NCBI GenBank assembly: GCA_030141605.1
Contig: JAQGDQ010001836.1
Coordinates: 1 to 23,728 of the forward strand
DNA from: Tubiluchus corallicola
Lineage: Eukaryota; Animalia; Priapulida
DNA length: 23,728 nt
Reading direction: 5' to 3'
In this document: one piece after another, positions 11,566-21,907 of the stretch
Layout of the letters: each line of letters opens with the position of its first letter
How positions within the stretch are numbered: the stretch's first letter is position 1
Program-made: the position numbers and the translations under genes
Notes under the pieces: generated by a model
The model's input: only the letters and a program-made list of their open reading frames with translations
Databases searched by the model: none
What the model was told of the DNA's origin: nothing

Positions 11566-11616
11566 GTTTCTCAAGTAATTGTCCATCCTTGCTGGATTTT
11601 AGGGAATTCGGTCTGA
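11566..11616 (+). pseudogene. Truncated duplicate (pseudo-exon) of protease coding exon 5
   Basis: cattttag| VSQVIVHPCWILGNSV* versus the real exon tgtttag| VNQIIIHPWWGVAGW; same phase 0 acceptor. Confidence 0.7.
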
Positions 11617-12014
11617 TCTAATGTGTAAGCTTTAATAGTTTGACCATTCACACACACTTGACCATACCGCCTCACCTAGCAGTCTACGCGTTTTAGTTTT
11701 ACCACTAGATGGTGCCACCTAACAATGTAGAAATTTTGTGTAAAATGACCATCTTTTAATAGCTTGATAGCGAAGATCCAGTACGTTTTGTAGATTTAGT
11801 CAAATAATACTAACTTAATTTATATATTGTCAACCATTTCGAAAGAAATTTCAACTCAAAGCAAGTAGGCTAACATTGGGCTAATGGTTTTAGGTTATTT
11901 TTTATTCTACAAGAGCCAGTAGTATTAGTGGTGATTTCTTAACAATTCAAATTTTCGTTTAGGCACTTCATGTCTTTATAAGATTTATTAAATCATTAGC
12001 TATATTCTGTTTAG

Positions 12015-12201
12015 GTTAATCAGATTATTATCCACCCTTGGTGGGGTGTGGCTGGCTGGCTAATCGGTGACATAGCTCTGCTAAGACTTAGTTCACCAGT
12101 CGATTTAGATGATTGTAGAGTTGGCACAGTTGCATTACCTACTGGAACTGATCTTTACGAGAATGTACCTGCTCGTGTAACTGGATTTGGAGTTACTCAA
12201 T
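12015..12201 (+). CDS. Serine protease coding exon 5: catalytic Asp
   Basis: gtttag| VNQIIIHPWWGVAGWLIGDIALLRLSSPVDLDDCRVGTVALPTGTDLYENVPARVTGFGVTQ |gtaagt. Confidence 0.97.
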
Positions 12202-12309
12202 GTAAGTGGCAAAAATATTTAGATTATTAATATAATAAGAACCAGTTAGAAATTAATCTTTAAATCAAGTGAGACGAAGAGTTTATTGTACACATATTGT
12301 TACTAATTA

Positions 12310-12346
<37 letters not shown>

Positions 12347-12851
12347 AAAATTTATACAGAAATGTAATTTTAGTATAAATAAAAAATACAATAAAAATCC
12401 TTTTTGTTAGTAATTAAAAAACAAAAATGATGGAATCCATATACATATCACCATCATGCAGTGTGTAGTTGCTTACACATTCCTAAAGTATTTATTTAAC
12501 TATTCATTTCACATTAAGATTAAAGCAAAGAGTACGACCATCTGATTACAGGTGCAGTGTATGGTTTAAGGTTTTGCTGCATTTCCTTAGCAAGGCGGGC
12601 AGGTACTCAAAGAGTTCATAATAAGTACTTGTATGATTACTCAAGCAGTATGCCAGGCTTGTTACTAATTTATCTATTAACTGTGTCTAAACACATACTC
12701 TCGATCAACATGACCAATATAAATTTTAAACAAAACGAATGCATGCTGCTTTGTTAAGTGCGGAAAACGTTTGAATGTCTCGAGTTTGAAATAATGTCCT
12801 CACGAAACGTCCCAGTTCCCAAAATTAACCAAATAATGTAATTTTTTTCAG

Positions 12852-12988
12852 CTGGATCTGTGCCAGAGGTTCTCCAGACAGTTATCGTGTCTGCAGTTTC
12901 TAATGACGTATGTGAAGACAAAATAGGAATTGACATTCCTGATTCCATGATCTGTGCAGGAACTCCAGACTCGTCTGGAGTGTGTTAT
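12852..12988 (+). CDS. Serine protease coding exon 6
   Basis: tttttcag| SGSVPEVLQTVIVSAVSNDVCEDKIGIDIPDSMICAGTPDSSGVCY |gttagt. Confidence 0.96.
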
Positions 12989-13093
12989 GTTAGTAACATC
13001 TTTTCATTGTTGTGCAACTCAGTTATTTGATTGCAAGTTTTCTAATTGCATCATCCTAATGGAAGTAATTCTGACATCTAAAGAGAAATAGCA

Positions 13094-13397
13094 GTCATCG
13101 TCATTATCGTCGCCGTCGTCGTCGTCAAGGTCTTTGTTATCATTGTTGTTGTTGTGTTTGTCACTATTGCTGTTATTATCGATCATCACTTGTTGTTATT
13201 TTACATTCTCATTTTAAATTATGCCCTGACTTAAGCTTTCACATCTTGAGTAGGGAGACTCGTGTTGTTGTTATTGTTGTTGTTGTTGATGATGATGATG
13301 ATGCTATTGCTGTTGTTGTTACTGATTGCTGCGTTGTTGTTGCCGTTGTTGTCATAGTGGTCATGGCTGTGATTGCTGTTGTTGTTATGACATTATA
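13094..13397. repeat. Degenerate trinucleotide microsatellite (GTT/GTC/GAT/GCT)n in the last protease intron
   Basis: 3-bp periodicity, interrupted at ~13200-13262. Confidence 0.85.
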
Positions 13398-13450
13398 GCA
13401 TTGTATATATAATATCGATATTTATAGCAACAAGATATTTCTTTGTTTAG

Positions 13451-13603
<153 letters not shown>

Positions 13604-14011
13604 TACCTTTTAGTGAAGTAATGCCAAACAACCAAGTGAAAACATTTTAAATGCATTTACAAATTCAGTAATAACTAATGTTTGCATCAGGAGAGAAAGA
13701 CGACCTGAATTTTTTTTTTGAGATTTTCGTGATTTGTGTATAATGCAAGATAATGGCAAAAATATTGATAATTATAGTGTAAACTATTAATTATAGTTAT
13801 ATAGCTTGTAGGTTTATTAGGCCTATATAATTTTATGTATACACTTGGTGTACTGTAGAAAATATTTGATATCACTGCCAATTTCCGTTTTATTTCTTAA
13901 ACAGGACCAATTGCCTAAGATATATTTTTTATAAATCATTGGTTTTTTACATTGTAATGTTGTGTAATTGTTCATACCATACAGCGCTATGAGTTAGTTA
14001 AATTCACTCAA

Positions 14012-14021
14012 AATAAATAAA
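14012..14021 (+). terminator. Candidate polyadenylation signal (overlapping AATAAA x2) of the protease gene
   Basis: aataaataaa ~410 bp after the stop, followed by a GT-rich tgtgtgt at ~14044. Confidence 0.45.
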
Positions 14022-15405
14022 GTTTATATGTAATTTAATTAAATGTGTGTATTGGATAAAAATGCCCGAAACCTGTTCACACAGTTACATGTTAACATGT
14101 TAATTATCAACGTAACTAATGATTTACAAATGAATTAAAGACGATTGATTGACATGGTAAGGGCGATGAAATAAAAGTGCGACAATAAATATTTAAAAAT
14201 AGACGAAAAATATGTATTTCAGAATTTTAATGTAGTAATTTTCTTGTAGTACTTGAATTACAACAAAACTTCGTTGCTCATTCATCTATTAACTAACCAG
14301 GCCGAGTGTTGTTTAACTTTTTTTACTAAAACCTAACTTAAGCACGCATAAAGCTGCTAAACATTTTACTCAAAGGGCAAGAAAACGGGTACCTGAAATA
14401 GATTTCAGAAAAATGTATTACTTTATGGCAATTTTATGCTTATAACATACTCCCGCTGAAATGATTTTTTGTTTACTCCCGCAAAGCTGTTCTGACGGCG
14501 CCATTACATGACGTCGCTTACGCACAAGGTAAATCAGGGGAAGAAAAGTAAATGTTAAACTATATTTTTGCAAACTTGCGACACAGTAGCAGCCAATTTT
14601 GCAGGCATTGACATAGAACTATGCGCACTTCACATCAGCCATTATCTCAAATTAGGAAGGGAGTATGCACGTATGCACTCTCTGGACAATAAAATTAGGT
14701 TGCTGCTAAATCAGCTATAACAAGTCTTAGGAAACTGCTAAAATTACTTTTAATAACTACACAAACAGTAACTCACACAACGATTTTTATTCCACAAAAT
14801 TTGTTATGAGCAGCATGGACAACAATCGTATTACAATGAAGAACGTCAACATTATTATAAGCAGCATGGTTTTTGTTCTGGATGCCTGTGGTTGGCATAG
14901 CAAAAACCTAGCGTACAAATATGAGGAAAATTACTGGTTAGCTAACGCCCGCAGCTCTTAGAACGTGGTGATGCAATTTTATTTGTGACTTGCAAAATTT
15001 GGCTACATGCCTATAGCTTGCTAATTTCAACAAGTTTTATGTCTATTTACTACACTTACCAGAATATAAGTAATAATGGGTATTAGAACAAATAGTTTTT
15101 TGTGTGTCCTGATAGTTATTCTTAGCGTGCAATCATTGTGACTACAGACATTCTAACCAACAATGTATATTGTTAAGAATGCTTGAAAGCTATATTGGGC
15201 ATTTTGGATAACTAATCTGCATCCGCAGAGCCAGACCATAAGCTGTTGAGTTAGGGATGTGCCACCAGCTCAGAATCTCCCTGAGAAGGTGTGCATAGCT
15301 TCGTAAAGACGCACTCTTACATGCTCTAAACTAATCTGGCTTTTGCATTGAGTTAATCCATATTAAGTAAACAGGGGCTGTCGTATTAAAAGTTTTTCAC
15401 TGATA

Positions 15406-15982
15406 ATGTTTGTGATTATTTTCACCGTGGTGTGTCTTTTGTTTGTACTACATAGCCCATGCGTTCAGACGTTTTCAGAATGTGAAGTGAAATTTGCCAT
15501 CAATTATAAAGATGTAGCATGTAAAAACTACACTAAAGTGGAACTAAGCAAAATTTGGTCGCAAGATGGTTTACAACAACGAGGTGTAAAAATTCGAAGT
15601 CTTTACGTTGATTATTATGTCGACTCTGAACTTCCTAATGATTTTCTTCATGGACATAAGCTTCTTGATTTAATTATTCGGCGTACAAATTTGAGTTCCC
15701 TTGGAGAAAATTGTATCTACAGCTGTGAAACTGAATTTAATCGACTGGAAATAACTGATAATGATAAACTTCTCTTCATACATCCAAAGGCATTCAGTGA
15801 AATTCTATATCTTCGTGAGCTGCATCTTCGTGGCAATGCAAAACTAATTTCACTGGATTTTGATTTCTCAGATAACAAGCATTTCAATTTTCTTGGCATT
15901 TACGATAGTCCAATAACACGACTAAAGGAGCCTAGATTCAAATACGATTTTCAACATGATCATATATCGTTCACATTAAAAG
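15406..15982 (+). CDS. LRR-mucin protein exon A: signal peptide, Cys N-cap, LRR module 1
   Basis: MFVIIFTVVCLLFVLHSPC leader; LxxLxLxxN-type repeats (LRELHLRGN, FNRLEITDNDKL, LLDLIIRRTNL); donor AAAG|gtaact. Confidence 0.92.
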
Positions 15983-16665
15983 GTAACTATGTTAAAGAGG
16001 TAGATTTCCTTAAGACATCATTTCCTGCAAAAGTAAATATGATGACAAAATGTATTTCTACGTGGAATTTAATAAAAAACTAATAAAGAAATGTGTTCCC
16101 AGTGCATCCTATTAATCTTGCTCACACTTGTAACTTTCTGTAGATATTCAGTATGGCTAGACGGCGTGCCTGTCAGCATTGTCAACAATTGCTGGATAGG
16201 GTTGTTCATGTCACAGCATCATTACTCAAAAGAAAATAGCAAAATACAATAGAATCGTTTCTGAAAAGTCATTAACCGAATGTGCCAACAACTTCTTTCA
16301 AAAATAGGAGTGTGGCCGCTGTCTGAAATGTATAGCAAAGCCATCTTATTTTGTTTAAAGCTTCATTTATTGACTGCAAGGTTCAGTTATTAATGCTGAT
16401 TTTTACATCAGAGATTCATGTATTTGTAGGTACTTACGAATGTGCATACGGTCACAGACAAACTTTTCACTGCAACCACCACTGCAGTTTTATTACTGAA
16501 CCATTAACTCTGCTAACTATAAAAGTTCTAATTAATTTTGAGCAATATTAACATTTATTATTACACACCCTGGTACAAATTTTAGTTGCTTAAATACTAA
16601 TGCCACTGATATACACTTTTATTATTCTATATAAATGAAGAATTGATGACTGGTAACCGTATGGT

Positions 16666-16775
16666 CTTTCTCCTTCCCATCTCACTCTCTCTTTCTTTCT
16701 CTCTCTCTCTTATACACTCCTGCCTCCTCTCTTCCCCCCTCACTCTGTGTGTGTGTGTGTGTCTTCCCCTCTCTC
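16666..16775. repeat. (CT)n/(GT)n pyrimidine-rich tract, continued at 17873-17907 after the hAT insertion
   Basis: Directly visible on both sides of the element. Confidence 0.85.
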
Positions 16776-17872
16776 CAGGGGCGTTGTGCAACCAAAAAAA
16801 TTGGGGGGGGGGCGACTATAATGGCGGATTTTAACTGTTTAAATTTTTGAAAAAAATAAACAGTATTTTGCGCGCAAGAAAAACGATTTATTTAACATGG
16901 CATTTAACTAAAAGCTATAGCAACGGAAACTTAATTAAAATTAAAAATTAAATTAAAATTTAATTAAGTATTTATCAGCTGTCAGGAATCCGACGCAGAG
17001 CATCAATATCCTTTACGTATTCCAACCAGGACCTATCGTTGAACCACTGACCCTGAAATGATCTCGATTTTCCTCCCATTTTGGTCTTTGGGTATGCATC
17101 CACTACGTCCCGCAATGGCCCGCGACGGATGTACTCATCCTTTTGGATTCGTTCTGTTGGAATCCACGTTACAGTAGATACAGACGCCGTAGAACCTGTG
17201 TCGGGAACACGGTTGGACTTGAAAAATGAAGTTAGATTGGCCTTGACATCGTTTAAGAAATATAGCTAAAATCGCAGCGAAAACTAGCAAAGATTTTCCT
17301 AGCAGCAGAAAAATGATGAAATGTGCTCAAAATCACGCCCTTTTATGCAGCAAACTCGTGGGAAAGAGTCACTAAGGAGTAGCAAAGAGTCGTTAATGTC
17401 CAATCAGGTGGTGGCTGAGCCGTGGCTCATCAATTGGTATCTCCCAAACCGACTCTCTGGTACTAGGCTAGCTCAACATGACTTCAATGTTTGCATTGTT
17501 TTTGCTCTATTATTTCACTTATTCTCTATTATAACACACTGCTGAACGAAGCTCGAGTGCTAACTGAGCCGTTTTGTTAACTAACAGTCTTTTGTGCAAA
17601 GACGCTAATGCTACTCAACGAGCTGCTTTGTTAATTGTTCCTGCCTGCCTCCTGAATAGATTACAGGCAAACAAATTAACTACATCCTGACTTTCAGGTA
17701 AACACATACTCATGCTCATACTGTTCGCATTTATGGAGCACTGGCCGCGTGTCAAAAAGTCGGAAATAAATTTGCTTACCAGTCTCATTACGAGCCGCTG
17801 ACGCACTTCAAATTTTTGACATTTTCTAAAAAAAATTGGGGGGGCCCGGGCCCCTATGGCACGACGCCACTG
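16776..17872 (-). mobile_element. Non-autonomous (internally deleted) hAT DNA transposon, 1097 bp
   Basis: TIRs caggggcgttgtgc / gcacgacgccactg match at 12 of 14. Perfect 8-bp TSD CCTCTCTC (16768-16775, 17873-17880). Subterminal aaaaaaattggggggg near both ends. Transposase remnant inside. Confidence 0.93.
16975..17250 (-). pseudogene. 5' remnant of a hAT transposase (TTF-type zinc finger / ZMYM1-like)
   Basis: Open minus frame: ...ANLTSFFK...DEYIRRGPLRDVVDAYPKTKMGGKSRSFQGQWFNDRSWLEYVKDIDA..* matches the R-x-F-x3-W-x4-WLEY start of TTF fingers and is truncated before the CxxC. Confidence 0.85.
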
Positions 17873-18527
17873 CCTCTCTCCCATTTCCTCTCCCACCCTC
17901 TCTCTTTGAGTAACAACCAACTGTTACTGAAACTATGTTTACAAATTATGTGCATGTTGATCGCATCATTGATGACTTACAGCTACAATTAAAATGTACA
18001 TGTACATCAAATAAAATTACCTCGAATAATAAAATGTTTTTCTAAATTTTCACAATAATGCTCACAAGATAATAAAATCACCCAATTCCTACTACTATAA
18101 TGTTTTACCATATGAAAGGTACTGGAAAGTCGGCTGTTAAGAAAAATAACCAAACGTGATTTTTTTCTTACACAGTGAAAATTTATTGGTGCAATTGTAA
18201 GATGTAGTACAGCCACGAGTAATTTTGGATGGTAGAATCTTGAACAACTACAGACAGCAATATACGCTGATTTAAATATGTGCATGATTACATAGAAAGT
18301 GGTACAATTTTCAATAACACATACTTGTAATAACTAATTAATACAATGTTACCAAGACATAGAGAAATACTTGTGGAAAATACCAATGGTTACGTCAGTT
18401 CACCAGTCATAAAATTTTAATCCACTATATCAGCTTCGGAAATTCTGCTAAAAATTGTAAAACCAAAACCGTAAGTTTTTATATCTACTGTATATACTGT
18501 ATATCTAATGTTTTTTTGCATTTTCAG

Positions 18528-19373
18528 GAAATTGTCTCATTTGTGACTGTCAACTGCTATGGTTGAAGCGATACAATTGGAGACAATCTATAATCGATTG
18601 TTATTATCCCAAAGATGTGCTCAAAGCTCGCCGCAGTGATTTTACAGAAGAATGCATTTATTTTAAAAATGAGAATTTTCTTTGCCTTGCACCTAGAGCA
18701 ACTACGCCACCTGCAAGTACAACAATGATGAACACAACACTGATGACTACAACAACAATGATATCAAATACCACAATGTCAATAATGAATATAACAACAG
18801 ACATCAACTCGCCAAGTGTTATTGCTTCAACAGCTAATAAAACCTTAACGAGTTCTCCAAGTTTAGCAAAATGTGATGTTTCGATTGGCACCAAATATAA
18901 AGATGTAAATTGTAAGAGCTATACTAAATTGGAACTACCCAATATTTTGTTGCAACAAGGATTACAACCACGAGATGTAAAAATTCGGAACCTTTACATC
19001 GATTACTATGCAGACTCTGAACTTCCTGAAAGGTTTCTAGAAGGACGTCAGCTTATTAGCCTAATCATACGTTACACAAAATTGCAAAGACTGCATAAGA
19101 ACTGCATCCGCAACAGTGAAATTGAATTTAATCGACTGGAAATAGCCTATAACGACAGACTTCGTGTCATACATTGTAGGGCATTCAGTAAAATTGTATA
19201 CCTTCGGGATCTGATTCTTCGTGGCAATGCAAAGCTAATCTCATTGGATTTTGATTTCTCAGATAACAAGCAGTTCAATTTTCTTGGCATATATGACAGT
19301 CCAATAACACGATTAAGGGAGCCTAGATTCAAATATGATCTTCAACGTAATCATATATCATTTACCTTGACAG
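18528..19373 (+). CDS. LRR-mucin protein exon B: LRRCT 1, short Thr/Met stalk, LRR module 2
   Basis: ttttcag| GNCLICDCQLLWLK...DCYYP...C; TTMMNTT linker; paralog of the exon A LRRs; donor ACAG|gtcagt; 846 nt, symmetric phase 1-1. Confidence 0.92.
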
Positions 19374-20459
19374 GTCAGTATGATAAAGAGTAATATTGTT
19401 TACCGATCTAATATTGTCCTATGCAGGTGGTTTTTGGCCTGCTCTTGACCAAATTTTACGTGCAATGCAGTCCTTGTAACTTCGAATCAAAAAACAAATT
19501 CTGAGAAACTGTGACAACGATGTCATAATTCATTTTTTTATAAAAGATATAAGAGTTAAACAGCAAAACGCAAGAGCAGCTTATAAGATACTGAGAAATA
19601 ATTTGCTTAAAGCGTATGAAAATATAAATTATTATGATGTGGATTAACTTATTAAAGTGCTGACTAAAATTTGTTTCCAAACAACATAATGTTGCTCATG
19701 TTCATTTAGAAACTTAATGCAAACCACTTTATGCATCTTACAAATTCTTAAGGTGCTGTTACATTATCAACTGCTGTCAAAGAACAGTCGAATTGAGCTG
19801 CTTTTGTCACAGTATCAATTACTAGTGGCAAAGTACTTCGGAATCAGTATACCGAAATTGTCTGAAAAGCATCGCAAAATCACTTTATTTGTTGCAAGCC
19901 TTCTTTAACGCTCAACACAGTCTTTCAAAGGGAGCTCTTGTATTTGCATTCATTCACAAATCTGCTTTTCATGTAGGCATAAATAAAAATATGCTTCGAA
20001 TCTGCAATTACGGGAAATACATAAAAAACTATTCTGTACAACCATTGTAGCAGACTTAGCTGTAATTTTTTTAATTTACTTATGCAAACTTTCATTTTCA
20101 AGCCATCTTTTAGGCATTTACCTTGGAGCCTCCTGTTTGACCTTTACATGTGTTGTAAACAGTCAAGTTAAACCTCTTATATATAATATAAGACAATTTC
20201 ATGCGGTTTTTTATTGCATTGAAGTATTTCAGTGGTATTATTTTCTGTAGGAAAAGTTTCTGCCATTGCATAATTAACTTGACTTCATCATTACGCTGAT
20301 GCTTGCTGTATAAAGCTTACTCATACAACAGTGATCTGTGAAAGATTAGACGCCTTTATAGCCTATCCAGGCTAGGCTAAAAGTATTTACTGTAATTCGT
20401 GATTTATCAACAATTTCTATTGCCCTCTAAAAACATTAAAAGTTAAATAGGTGAGACCA

Positions 20460-21010
20460 AATGGCCCACAAAAAGCCTGATTAATGTTTTGAAGTCGCTA
20501 CTAAGACTATGCCAATTTTGAGCTAATAAAAGGAGAAAAGTACCACTACTGATGGAATCTTACTGACGTTGATTGCTGAAGCCGAGGTCCTCATGGATAT
20601 CAGACATTTGACGGAGTCCTCTAATGACTCAGACGGCTTCAGGCCTCTAATGCCGAACGACATCATTCTGCAGCGACCTTGCGCAAGCCTGCCACAAGGC
20701 ATCTTTAGAAGATACTCTACTGAAAAAAGAGATGGAGGCAGTGTCGCCTTGCTAACATCTTCTGGACGCTGAGTCAAGGTGTACATTCCAAACTAGCACT
20801 AGCATCGGAAATGGCAGACTGTAATGAGGAACTTTAAGGCAAATGATTTAGATCTGGTCACCGATGAGAATGCTGGTCAGAATCAATGGACAACAGGCAA
20901 AATCACTGAAGCATTTTCAGCTCTAGACGATGGACACACGAGATCACTTATGGCGAAGACCGCATCCACGACATTACTTATACCACTAACAAAGTTTTTC
21001 TCTTAGAGGA
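20460..21010 (+). mobile_element. Decayed BEL/Pao LTR retrotransposon, integrase C-terminal region (DUF5641-like)
   Basis: LLTLIAEAEVLMDIRHLT..SND...PLMPNDII, RWRQCRLANIFW (20730-20765), YIPN*H*HRKW, RNFKANDLDLVTDEN...W..GKITE...DG.TR...KT. The motif order is typical of BEL/Pao pol ends, with stops and frameshifts. Confidence 0.88.
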
Positions 21011-21907
21011 AGCAGTATAGCATCCTACACTGTGTGTTTACACACACATTAATACTAGAAATACATTTATCTCATACATTGTTGTTTTCTTTCCACTTGA
21101 TGACTTGCAGTATAGTTGGCAAAAATGACTTTGCTTGTGTGATTTAGCAGTTTATTTAGTTATTTACTTGTATTATTTAGCTGCAATAGTTTGCTGTTGT
21201 GTGAGAACCCACATTTTTTCTTTAATTTTCTGAATTGTATTTGTGGATTATCCGTGACTGTAATATGTTGCGATGTTTTTTGGAACTTCTTTGTCAAGTT
21301 AATCACGAATAAATTGAAATGTATGTTAAAAATTTGTTTAATTCGTTCTGACAGATCTAGTGTTAAATTTTATCACTTTATCTACTATTAGTTGAGCAAC
21401 TTTGCAATAAAACAATACTAAATTTTGTATCATATGTCATACAGCATTTAGTACGCAAACCACACTTACATTTTCATAGCTGAGAGTAAATCCTTCTTTT
21501 AGATTGATAATCAAAAACTTTCGGTCTCATTTTCTCCGAGTCAAGAAATACTCTATCAATGATAGCCAATCATGAGCTCCCTTCAGTGGCAGTGCTTAAA
21601 AGTTCGTGCATGAACGGTCAAAATTCATTAATGTGCAAAAGTGATATGCTTCCCAAAAACCCGGGAATGCTAAAAATATTTAGCTATTATGTTACACATG
21701 GTGTCACTTAATGTTATGCTATTTTCTAGAAAGTACGCCCAAAAACAGTAGCTCAAACAGTTGAAAATGTGAAAGATTCTATCTGTACCTGTTGTAGCTG
21801 TCCCTTTTCTAAAGATAATAATTATAAGTTTTGGCAAATTCAGAAAAAATTGCAAAAACTAAATTGTAAACGTAATATCTAATAGCACCTTTCAATTATA
21901 CTTTCAG

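Noticed and set aside
14490-14535. CRE-like TGACGTC and an AG|GTAAAT donor as a possible upstream exon of the LRR gene
   Set aside because: No convincing TATA/Inr or strong downstream acceptor; cannot be supported without transcripts.
15983-16083. ORF-track extensions past the donors (to 16083 and 19393) as real C-termini
   Set aside because: Both paralogous modules have a GT donor at the same codon that splices in frame to an LRRCT; the read-through tails differ in length and lack the cap.
21020-21470. Possible 3' LTR of the BEL/Pao relic
   Set aside because: No clear polypurine tract, TG...CA boundary or second LTR copy is visible.
15983-21907. Near-equal lengths of the two LRR-gene introns (2545 vs 2534 bp)
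   Set aside because: Each carries a different insertion (hAT vs BEL/Pao), so the match is likely coincidental.
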